DNA from: Rhodospirillales bacterium
Lineage (GTDB): Bacteria; Pseudomonadota; Alphaproteobacteria; ATCC43930; CGMCC-115725
Direction of reading: 5' to 3'
Assembly (NCBI GenBank): GCA_019689675.1
Contig: JADGGZ010000001.1
Location: 1,912 to 65,911 of the forward strand
Length of the DNA stretch: 64,000 bases
The notes beneath the pieces were generated by a model. The model saw nothing but the letters and a program-made list of their open reading frames with translations, had not been told where the DNA came from and searched no databases. The first letter of the stretch is position 1, and each line of letters starts with the position of its first letter. Shown piece after piece: positions 32,406 through 40,398 of this stretch. A program made the position numbers and the translations under genes.

Positions 32406-33220
32406 GCGAGCGTCGCGATCGCGCGCTCGATGAGCGTCCGTGCCGCATCGCGCCGATAGGCGGCGGTGCCGCGCACGTCGTCGATCGGTGCGAGCGGCGC
32501 GAGATGCGAATCCGACACCGCGATGCCGCGCGTGCCGGCGAGGTCCCGCTCGAGCGCGGGAAGGCGCCGCGCCGTCTCCGCGCAGGCGCCGACCGCGATC
32601 CGGGCGGCCGCGATCGTGCCGTCCTCGGCGCGCTCGATCACCGCCGCGACCATGACGATCGAGATGACGAGATAGCGCCGCGCGCCGAGCTTCAAGAAGG
32701 TGGAGCGCGTCTCGCGCCTCGGTTTCGGGACGATAATCGCCGCGACGAGTTCGTCGGGATGACGCGCCGTGCGCCGGTTGCCGAGCACGAACTCGGCGAC
32801 CGCGAGGCGGCGTGTGCCGCGCGCCGAGACGAGCTCGACCTTCGCATCGAGCGCGAGGAGGCAGGGAATGCCGTCCGCCGCGGGCGAGGCGTTGCAGAGA
32901 TTGCCGGCGATCGTGGCCGCGTTCTGGATCTGCACGCCGCCGACTTCGCGCGCGGCGCGCTTCAGCCCGTCGAAGAGCGGCGGAAGCTCCGCCTCGATGA
33001 GCTCCGTCCAGGTCGTCGCGGCGCCGATACGAAACCCGTCGGAGGTCTCGGCGATGCCGCGCAAATCCGCCACCCGCGTGATGTCGAGAATGTCTTCGCG
33101 GATCGCGCGGCCGACGCGGGCGGGATAGAAATCGGTCCCTCCGGCAAGGATCGTCAACGGCTGCGCCGCGAGCGCCGCTACTGCCTCCTCGATCCGCTCC
33201 GGGCGCAAGTACACCGGCAT
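32402..33220 (-). CDS. xanthine-dehydrogenase-family FAD-binding subunit (CoxM-like)
   Basis: 272 aa: LTILAGGTDFYP, IQNAATIAGNLCNASPAADG, and the CO-dehydrogenase flavoprotein C-terminal region. Confidence 0.9.
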   Translation of the reverse strand: MPVYLRPERIEEAVAALAAQPLTILAGGTDFYPARVGRAIREDILDITRVADLRGIAETSDGFRIGAATTWTELIEAELPPLFDGLKRAAREVGGVQIQNAATIAGNLCNASPAADGIPCLLALDAKVELVSARGTRRLAVAEFVLGNRRTARHPDELVAAIIVPKPRRETRSTFLKLGARRYLVISIVMVAAVIERAEDGTIAAARIAVGACAETARRLPALERDLAGTRGIAVSDSHLAPLAPIDDVRGTAAYRRDAARTLIERAIATLA

Positions 33221-33233
33221 TCCGCCCCGAACT

Positions 33234-33249
33234 CGTTCGCGTACGAACG
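33234..33249. promoter_or_regulatory. inverted repeat CGTTCG-N4-CGAACG upstream of the hydroxylase operon
   Basis: It lies 14-29 nt upstream of the FAD-subunit ATG (33220), so it could be an operator or a 5'-UTR hairpin. Pattern only. Confidence 0.2.
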
Positions 33250-33323
33250 ATCTTGCGGCAGCGCGAGGCCGAGCGCAATCGTCATGGCGCGGGCGGCCGG
33301 CGACGGAGCGGCGACCGCGCGGC

Positions 33324-35852
33324 TCAGCGCTTCGCTTTCATGGCGGGATCGCCCGCCGGATCGCCGGCCTTGCCGAAGAGATGGGCGTTGCGCGCGAGGA
33401 AGAGCTGGAAGGTCTCGTAAAGCGACCGTTCCGCGGCATCGGCCTCTCGCGGCGTCGCCTCGAGCGACTGCAGAAACTGCTCGAAGAGGCGGCGGAGCTC
33501 GGGATCGAGCTGCGCCATCTCCGCCGGTTGAGGCGCGGTTCCAGCGCGGGCGGCTTCTGCGGCGGCGATCGCGGCCTCCGCCTCGCGGAAGAGCTGGGCC
33601 AGCTCCTCCGGATCGAAGGGCTCGTCCCGCGGCGGCGCCCCCACGATGGCGTCGATCGTCGCCGCCGCAGCAGAATCCGCCGCAGCAGAATCCCCCGCGG
33701 CGGGCTCCGACGCGACGGCGACCGCGCTCGCTGCCGGCTCGGGCGGCGCCGCCTCGGCAGGCTCGGAAGGTTCCGTCGCCGCGACGGGCGCGGGCTCGGC
33801 GGACCCGGCGGACGTCTCGTCGCCATCCACCGACGCGAGGTCGGGCGGCCCGGCTGCCGCTTCCTGAGAGGCGGGCGGCTCGGCCGCTTCCGCCGCGACG
33901 GCTTGGGCGGGCGGCGGAGATGTCTCGGGTGCCTCGGCCGCCGTCCTTTCCGCCGGTTCGGCCGGCGGCTGGGCGCCGGGCTCGGGGGACGTCGGGATTT
34001 CGGCCGCGACCGCCGCTTCGGCTGTCGCCGGCGGCGACGGCTCCGCCGCGGGAGCCGCGTCGGCGTTCGCCGAAGCCTCGGGCGCGTTCGCGGCCTCGGG
34101 CGGTTCGGGAAGGGGTGCGGAAGGCGACGGCGAATCGGCATCGGCAATCTCGGCCGATTCGGTGGTCGCCAGGGGCGCGGGCGCGGGGGAGTCCGGCAGT
34201 TCAGCCGCGTCCGTCTCCTCGATCGCCGCAGGCGGCGGGGGCGGCTCGACCGCGGCGTCGGCGACGGCGTTCTCCAAAGCGGCGGGAGGATCGGGTGGCG
34301 CCGTGCTCTCCACCGCCGACGGCGCTTCTGGCGAGGCGGGCTCGGCCGCAGCCCGCGCCGCCGCTTCGCCGACGGCGGGCTCGGAGGCGGCCGGCGTCGC
34401 GGCGACCGGCAGCAGCACGGGATCGGTCCTGGAGGACTCCGCTGCCGAGAGCGTGTTCGGGAGAGTGCCGCCGACCGGCTCCGCCGCCGGAAAAGGCGGC
34501 GGCTCGGGCGGGCCCTCTTCCGTCACGCGGGCGGGAGGCGCGGAAGGCGCAGCCGTCTCCACGACGGGTGCAGCGTCGGCCGCTATTGCGGGCGACGCTC
34601 CATCCGGCGAAGGGCGCGGTGCCGCGGCCGGCATCGCTGCGGTCGTGTCCTCCTCGCGCGGTCCGGGCAGGTTCGTGGCATTGCTTCCGCCCGACGGCAG
34701 CACCAGAGCTGTCGGCCCCGGAGCAGGAGCGACGGGGTCGTTTTGGTGCTCGAAAACGCGCGGACCGAGCAGAAGCACGGGAGTGGCGACCGCAACCAGC
34801 GCGATGGCGGCGACGGCGCTCGCCATGAGCGCCGTTCGTCGCAGTTGCCGCGAAGCGGCGGTCGGCGGCGGTGCTGCTCCAGCCGCGCTCGGCGGCGACG
34901 GCGCGGGGTGGGGCGGCCGTTCGTTCGGGCGTGGCGCGATGGTGATCGGCGGAAGGCCGCTCGATGCGGGCGCAGACGCCGGTCGGGCGTCCTCGACCGC
35001 CGCCCGCAGCGCTTTCTCGAGCGCCGCCTCTTCAGGCGCCGCCGCAGGCGGGACCGGGGGAGGCAACGGCGCCGAAGGGGTTGCCGGCGCGGTGCCGTCG
35101 GCGATGTCGGCGAGAGTGACCGTCGAGCGTCCTGCGCCGACCGCACGCTCGAGCGCCTCGCTCGCGAGCCGCGTCAGCGGGCCCGGGAGGCCGCCCGACA
35201 GGTCTCCGAGCGCCTCCATTACGGGTCCCGGAAAGGTCTCGAGCGGAAGCCGGGCGGCACGAAGGCGCGATCTCAGGAAATGCTCGACCTGACCCGGCGA
35301 CAGGCGCGGCATCGCGATCGTGCCGACAACCGCTTCCACGAGGGTCCTGCCGCGCAGCAGCTCGGACGAAGCCTGCCGCGTCGCGAGCAGCACTGTGACC
35401 GCGGGGAAGCCCTTCCCGGGCGCTGCGAGCTCGGCGAGCGCTGCGAGCGCCGAAGGGGAGAGCTTCTCGGCATCATCGACGAGAAGCGCCGGGTAGGGCA
35501 TCGTCACGGGCGAGAGCACCCGGCGGATTCGCGCGAGCGGCGCCTCGTTTTCCGAAGGCGCCGCCTTCAGCGCCTCGAGCACCGCCTTGTAGAGGTCCTC
35601 GGTTGTCGTCCGTGGCGTCGCCGAGATCGTTTTCGCGACGATGCCGGGCTCGGCGTCGATCGCCAGCTGGCGGAGCGCGATGGTCTTGCCGCTGCCCTCC
35701 GGGCCGGTCAGCACCACGATGCCGTGCCGGTCCTGGAGGTGGCCCACGAGGATCTGCAGCACACGATCGAGCGAGGCGCTGACATGCGGCCGGCCGACGG
35801 CGGCGTCGCGCAGCAGCTTCGCAGCGATCACGGTTTCTGCGAGCGGCGGCAT
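33324..35852 (-). CDS. ExeA-like AAA ATPase with one TM helix and a long acidic Pro/Ala/Glu-rich C-terminal region
   Basis: Start MPPLAETV follows AGGAGGG. Walker A is GPEGSGKT and Walker B is ALLVDDAE. The TM helix is at about aa 341-363 (ALMASAVAAIALVAVATPVLLLG). Then come ~380 aa of low complexity and a ~90-aa helical end. Confidence 0.75.
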   Translation of the reverse strand: MPPLAETVIAAKLLRDAAVGRPHVSASLDRVLQILVGHLQDRHGIVVLTGPEGSGKTIALRQLAIDAEPGIVAKTISATPRTTTEDLYKAVLEALKAAPSENEAPLARIRRVLSPVTMPYPALLVDDAEKLSPSALAALAELAAPGKGFPAVTVLLATRQASSELLRGRTLVEAVVGTIAMPRLSPGQVEHFLRSRLRAARLPLETFPGPVMEALGDLSGGLPGPLTRLASEALERAVGAGRSTVTLADIADGTAPATPSAPLPPPVPPAAAPEEAALEKALRAAVEDARPASAPASSGLPPITIAPRPNERPPHPAPSPPSAAGAAPPPTAASRQLRRTALMASAVAAIALVAVATPVLLLGPRVFEHQNDPVAPAPGPTALVLPSGGSNATNLPGPREEDTTAAMPAAAPRPSPDGASPAIAADAAPVVETAAPSAPPARVTEEGPPEPPPFPAAEPVGGTLPNTLSAAESSRTDPVLLPVAATPAASEPAVGEAAARAAAEPASPEAPSAVESTAPPDPPAALENAVADAAVEPPPPPAAIEETDAAELPDSPAPAPLATTESAEIADADSPSPSAPLPEPPEAANAPEASANADAAPAAEPSPPATAEAAVAAEIPTSPEPGAQPPAEPAERTAAEAPETSPPPAQAVAAEAAEPPASQEAAAGPPDLASVDGDETSAGSAEPAPVAATEPSEPAEAAPPEPAASAVAVASEPAAGDSAAADSAAAATIDAIVGAPPRDEPFDPEELAQLFREAEAAIAAAEAARAGTAPQPAEMAQLDPELRRLFEQFLQSLEATPREADAAERSLYETFQLFLARNAHLFGKAGDPAGDPAMKAKR

Positions 35853-35892
35853 CGATCTGCCCTCCTGGGCCGCCGCGCGGCGGCTGTCCGCG

Positions 35893-37479
35893 CTAGCGGG
35901 GGTCGAGCCAGACATTGACCAGATCCTGCTCGAGGTAATGGCTCGGAGTGTTGTTCCAGCCGTGGAGGCGCGCGCTGTGGGCGACGATGCGATTCCACCA
36001 TAGGAACGGCACGGCATATGCCTGGTCGAGCGCGCGGCGCTCGAACTCGCGGACGATCTCGGCCCGTTGCGGGCGGTCGGAAGTGATCGCCTGCCCGACA
36101 TAGAGCGCGTCGAGGAAATCGTCGCTCGACCGCGCGTAGTTGCTCGGCGAAAGATCGGCCGACACGTATTTCGCCAGCTGCAAGGTCGGATCGTCGAAGT
36201 AGTCGCCGCCGAAATCGATGCTGACGTCGAAATCGCCCGATTCGAGCGCCGATTGCCAGTCCTTCGTGCCGAGCTTCGTCTCGCTCGCGACGACCCCGAT
36301 CTGCCGCCACGCGTCGATAAGGTATTCGCCGGCGGCCGCGTAGGGGATCGCGATGTTGCGGTTGTTCAGCTTGAACGAAAGCTTTTCGACGCCGGCCTCG
36401 GCGAGAAGCCGAACCGCTTCGGCGCGCGAGGCGCGGATATCGCGGCTGAAGCCCGGCAGCTCGGCGAGGGCGCTCTCGGGCGTCGCCATCGCGAAGCCTG
36501 GGCGCATGATGCCGCCGACGAACTTGAGGTAGGTGGTCCGCGAGAGGCTTTCGGCCGCCTCCCAGCGGTCGATCGCGAGCGAGAGGGCCCGCCGCACCCT
36601 CGCGTCGTCGAACGGCTTGCGCTTGGTGTTGAAGACGATCAGGAGATTGAGCAGCCACGGGCTCTCGTGGACGACGATGTCGTTGCCGCGCGCGGCGAGG
36701 AGCCGGTCGCGCTCGGCGGGCGAGACGCTGCGGAACTGCGCCTCGACCTTTCCGCTCTCGAGCGCCTCGAGCGCCGGCGCCCCGGTCGCGAAGGTCGCCC
36801 GGTAGCCGTCGAGATAGGGTCGGCCCGGGATGAAGTACCGGTCGAACCGCTTGCCGACCCAGTGCTTGCCGGGCACGTGCTCGACGAACTCGAAGGCGCC
36901 GGTGCCGAGAATGTTCTTGGCCGGGAACGTCGGATCCTGCGCCAGCTTCGCGGCGCTGTAGATGCAGTTCCAGGGGCTGGCGAATCCCGCCAGCATCGAG
37001 GCCTCGGGCCACTGCAGTTTGAAGACGACGGTGCGCGGGTCGGGCGTCTCAATCGCGCCGATCGCGGCATGAGCCGCCCGCCGCGGCGACTTCACTCCGG
37101 GCGGCGGCGCGATGATGCGCTCGTAGCTCGCCTTGACGTCGGCCGAGGTCAGCTTGGAGCCGTCGTGAAAAAGCACGTTCGGCCGCAGCTTGAACGTGTA
37201 GGTCTTCTGATCGGCGGAGACCGTCCAGCTCTCCGCGAGATCGCCCTTCACCTCTGGATAGTTCGCCCCGTCGAACTTGAGCAGCGTCGAGTAGTGCGGC
37301 GCGATCGGGTGGATGAACGCGAACGAGATGTTCTGGTGACAGTCGTAGTTCGGCGGCTCGTTGTCGACGACGAACTCGAGCGTGCCGCCGCGGTGCGGCT
37401 GCGTCTCGGCGAGGGCCCATCCGGGCAGGAATGCCGCGAGAGCGACGAGCGGGAGCAGACGACGACCGCATGCCGGCAT
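35893..37479 (-). CDS. ABC transporter substrate-binding protein, family 5 (peptide/nickel type)
   Basis: Signal peptide MPACGRRLLPLVALAAFLPGWALA, then GGTLEFVVDNEPPNYD...TYTFKLRPNVLFHDG..., 528 aa. Confidence 0.85.
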   Translation of the reverse strand: MPACGRRLLPLVALAAFLPGWALAETQPHRGGTLEFVVDNEPPNYDCHQNISFAFIHPIAPHYSTLLKFDGANYPEVKGDLAESWTVSADQKTYTFKLRPNVLFHDGSKLTSADVKASYERIIAPPPGVKSPRRAAHAAIGAIETPDPRTVVFKLQWPEASMLAGFASPWNCIYSAAKLAQDPTFPAKNILGTGAFEFVEHVPGKHWVGKRFDRYFIPGRPYLDGYRATFATGAPALEALESGKVEAQFRSVSPAERDRLLAARGNDIVVHESPWLLNLLIVFNTKRKPFDDARVRRALSLAIDRWEAAESLSRTTYLKFVGGIMRPGFAMATPESALAELPGFSRDIRASRAEAVRLLAEAGVEKLSFKLNNRNIAIPYAAAGEYLIDAWRQIGVVASETKLGTKDWQSALESGDFDVSIDFGGDYFDDPTLQLAKYVSADLSPSNYARSSDDFLDALYVGQAITSDRPQRAEIVREFERRALDQAYAVPFLWWNRIVAHSARLHGWNNTPSHYLEQDLVNVWLDPR

Positions 37480-37526
37480 GGGGAACACCTCGGCAGGAGA
37501 GGGCGGATCGAGAGGCGGCGCGGCGG

Positions 37527-38648
37527 TCAGCGCATGCCCTGCTGCTGCCGCCACCGCTGGAATTGCGAGAAGAGCTCCTCCTTGCGCTGCTGGGTGAGCG
37601 TGACGCCGCCCGCCTTGCTGCGCTCGTCGAGGAAGCGGATGAAGATCTCCTTGAGATCGGCGACCGCCGGCGCGGCGACGGGGTTCTGCTGCAGCCACGC
37701 CGCGGCGGGAGGAAAGCGCCGCCAGCCGGCGAGCTCGGCGCGAATGTCGGCCTCGCGCCATTTCGGGTGGTGGGCCGGGGTGCGCAGCTTGTCGAACTGC
37801 GTAAAGAGGGCGTCGACCAGCCGCGCCATGTTGCGGAAGCGCTCGCTGTCGGGCGGCAGGTTCGCCGCCGCGAGCACGACCGGGACCGCGATCGTCTCGA
37901 CGCTCTTCGCCGGGTCGATGATCCCCGGATAGTCCTCGCTCGTGAGGGTCGCGCGCGAATAGGTCTTCGCCAGCTCCTCGTCGAGCGGGACCGGGAGGAA
38001 ATGCGCGCCCTTCGGCAGGCTTCGCCCGGCGAAGGCCGGAACCGGCTTGCCGCCGACCGCCGCCACCGCGGCGATCTCGCCCTTGCCGAGCTTGTCGAGC
38101 GCCGTCGCCTCGTCGAAGGCGGTGACCTCGACCCCCATGTTCAGCCTCTTGAGAAGATTGGCGACCGTCACCGCCGTGCCGCTGCCGGCCGGCTCGACGT
38201 TGACCTTCTTTCCGGCGAGGTCCTCGATCGTCTGTATGTCCTCGCGCGCGAGGATATGCAGCTCCGCGTTGCCGAGCGAAGTCACGAGGCTCACCGCGGC
38301 ACGATCCTTCTCCGGGGTCGCATCGGCCTGCAGGATCGCGAGATCGACGCCGCGCAGCAGGCGAAGATCCGTCACGGCCTGCTGCGCCCCTTTGCCAAGC
38401 ACCGGGAGAAGCCGGCGCGTCGCCCCGTCGTCGAGAACGTTCGCGAGATCGGCGGCCATGCGCGCGGCGGTGCTGTCGATCCGCCAGGTCACCATCGTCA
38501 CGGTGCCGCGATTGACCGTCTCGCTGGTCGCGGCGGGCCGTGTTGCTCCCGTCTGCGCCGCCCCCGGCGCGACGCCGCCGAGCAAGGCGGAGAGCGCGGC
38601 CGCCGAGGTTGTGAGCAAGACCCGCCTGAGGAAGGTGGAACCGGTCAT
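37527..38648 (-). CDS. TAXI-family (TRAP-associated, NMT1-like) solute-binding protein with C-terminal extension
   Basis: RR-containing signal peptide (STFLRRVLLTTSAAALSALLG), a TAXI-like core (LAILQAD..., LAGKKVNVEPAGSGTAVT) and a ~70-aa helical tail. Confidence 0.7.
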   Translation of the reverse strand: MTGSTFLRRVLLTTSAAALSALLGGVAPGAAQTGATRPAATSETVNRGTVTMVTWRIDSTAARMAADLANVLDDGATRRLLPVLGKGAQQAVTDLRLLRGVDLAILQADATPEKDRAAVSLVTSLGNAELHILAREDIQTIEDLAGKKVNVEPAGSGTAVTVANLLKRLNMGVEVTAFDEATALDKLGKGEIAAVAAVGGKPVPAFAGRSLPKGAHFLPVPLDEELAKTYSRATLTSEDYPGIIDPAKSVETIAVPVVLAAANLPPDSERFRNMARLVDALFTQFDKLRTPAHHPKWREADIRAELAGWRRFPPAAAWLQQNPVAAPAVADLKEIFIRFLDERSKAGGVTLTQQRKEELFSQFQRWRQQQGMR

Positions 38649-38978
38649 GAAAAACGCCCGCGCCGGCTGTGGAACGATCGGAAGGAGCGCGCCGGCGCCC
38701 CGGACCCCCCTCCATCGACGCCGCATTATCTCCACGGCGCCTGTCCGGGACGATAGTAAAACGTGGTTAATTGAAGGTTAACTGAAACTGTCTGGCATGC
38801 TTTGCGGTTGATGGAATAAATACAAACGATGGTTGTGGGCTCTGAGATTACAAAGATTTCGGGCGCTGACTTAGCGAATTCGCTCAACAAAATCGTGGAT
38901 ACCGCCCTAGTGGCCTAATTTTGTCACAGTCGACTAAGCCGAATTTGCTTGACTTGTCTTCTGCGACTCGATCGACAA

Positions 38979-39007
38979 GGGCCGCGGCGGTAGTCCCGCC
39001 GCGGCCC
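38979..39007 (-). terminator. GC-rich hairpin downstream of the T1SS adaptor gene
   Basis: 12-bp stem GGGCCGCGGCGG / CCGCCGCGGCCC with a 5-nt loop, 26 nt after the stop at 39033. Only a weak T-tract follows. Confidence 0.55.
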
Positions 39008-39032
39008 CGATGATCCCGCGCTCGCGCGGCCG

Positions 39033-40382
39033 CTATTTTTCCCGGAACGCCCGGTGGAAGCTGTCGAGGATCGGCGCCAGGGCGTAGAGCGCCACCGTGG
39101 TCTCGCCGGTCTTGATCATCGCTTCGGCCGGCATGCCGGGGTAGAGCTCGACCTCGCCGGCGAGGCGCTCGAGCTGCTTCTCGTCGAGGCGCACCTTCGC
39201 CGCGTAGTACGGCTGGTTCGTCCTCTGATCGACGAGCCGGTCGGCCGAGACGTAGATGACCTTGCCGTCGATGTCCGGCGTGCGCCGCTGCTTGTAGGGG
39301 ATCAGCCGCACATGCGCCGCGAGCCCCTCGCGCACGACGTTGATGTCCTCGGGTCTCACATGGACCGTGACGACGAGGTTGTCCTTCGCCGGAACGAGAT
39401 CCATGAGCGGCTCGCCGGCCCGGATGACGCCCCCGCGGGTATGAACCTTGAGGTCGGTGACGATGCCGTGCTGCGGCGCCTTGACCTCGATCCGGCTCAG
39501 GACGTCGGCCGCCGCCTGCATCTGCTCGGTGAGCTCGTGAATCTTCTGCTGCGTGTCGCGCAGCTGCGTCGCCACCTCGTTCTGGGTGTCGTTCTGCTGA
39601 TTGAGGATCTGGACCTCGCTCTCGGCGATGGTCTGCTGCGCCTTGGCGATGAGGGCGACGAGCTCGCCCCGGCGGCCTTCGATGTCGGCGAGGTCGCGCT
39701 GAAGCTGGAGGAGGCGCGGCTTGCGCTCCAGCCCCTTGTCCACCAGCGCCTTGAGGCCGTTGATCTCCTCGTTGATGAGGGCGATGCGCTGCTCCGCGGC
39801 GATCTCCTGCGCGCGATAGCCGACGATCTCCTCCTTCACCTGCGCCATGCGCTGCTCGATCACCTGGCGCTTCGATTGGAACAGCTCGCGCCGGGTGGCG
39901 AAGATGCGCTCCTGACCGGCCATCACCTGCGCGACCGAGGGATCGTTCTTCTGCAGCTCGAGCTGCGCCGGCCAGGTGATCGTGTCGCGGCCGTCGCGTT
40001 CGGCGATGAGCCGCGCCTCCCGCGCGAGCGCGTCCCAGTACTGGCCCTGGAGCGCGGCAAGCGTCGTGCGCGGCTTGGTGTCGTCGAGCCGGATCAGCGG
40101 CTGGCCCGGCTGCACCTCGTCGCCGTCCTTGACGAGAATCTCGCCGACGATGCCGCCTTCGAGGTGCTGGATGGTCTTGCGGTTCGTCTCGGCCTCGAGA
40201 TAGCCCGATCCGATCGCCGCGCTTTCGAGCGGGGCGAACACCGACCAGATCCCGAAGACCCCGATGAAGAGCGCGACGGTGGCGAGCCCGGCGATCGCGA
40301 TGCCGCGTGCCATCGCGATCGGCGTCTCGGGCGGAGAGGACTGCTCGATCTCCTCGACGACGGCGAGGCTGGTGCTGCTCAT
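39033..40382 (-). CDS. HlyD-family type I secretion periplasmic adaptor
   Basis: 449 aa with an N-terminal TM, long coiled coils, and the C-terminal ...AGEVELYPGMPAEAMIKTGETT motif typical of T1SS MFPs. Confidence 0.9.
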   Translation of the reverse strand: MSSTSLAVVEEIEQSSPPETPIAMARGIAIAGLATVALFIGVFGIWSVFAPLESAAIGSGYLEAETNRKTIQHLEGGIVGEILVKDGDEVQPGQPLIRLDDTKPRTTLAALQGQYWDALAREARLIAERDGRDTITWPAQLELQKNDPSVAQVMAGQERIFATRRELFQSKRQVIEQRMAQVKEEIVGYRAQEIAAEQRIALINEEINGLKALVDKGLERKPRLLQLQRDLADIEGRRGELVALIAKAQQTIAESEVQILNQQNDTQNEVATQLRDTQQKIHELTEQMQAAADVLSRIEVKAPQHGIVTDLKVHTRGGVIRAGEPLMDLVPAKDNLVVTVHVRPEDINVVREGLAAHVRLIPYKQRRTPDIDGKVIYVSADRLVDQRTNQPYYAAKVRLDEKQLERLAGEVELYPGMPAEAMIKTGETTVALYALAPILDSFHRAFREK

Positions 40383-40398
40383 GGCTTCCTCTCCTTCC

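Noticed and set aside
33664-33693. Perfect 15-bp tandem repeat (GCCGCAGCAGAATCC x2), plus a similar 12-bp tandem in rpoN (57252-57275), considered as a possible minisatellite or CRISPR-like array
   Set aside because: Both are in-frame duplications inside coding low-complexity regions (…GDSAAADSAAA… and …EAAIEAAIEAA…). Each has only two units and no spacers.
32504-35918. Plus-strand ORFs of 774 and 845 aa overlapping the FAD subunit and the ExeA-like gene
   Set aside because: They are extremely Arg/Pro/Gly-rich. They mirror the low-complexity P/A/E tract on the opposite strand, where GC-rich codons read as R/G/P in antisense. The minus-strand frame has a Shine-Dalgarno, Walker motifs and a TM helix.
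38792-38806. Sigma-54-like TGGCAT-N-TTGC element in the low-GC spacer
   Set aside because: The GG-to-GC spacing is two nucleotides shorter than the invariant -24/-12 spacing. It also points toward the 3' end of a convergent gene rather than toward a coding start.
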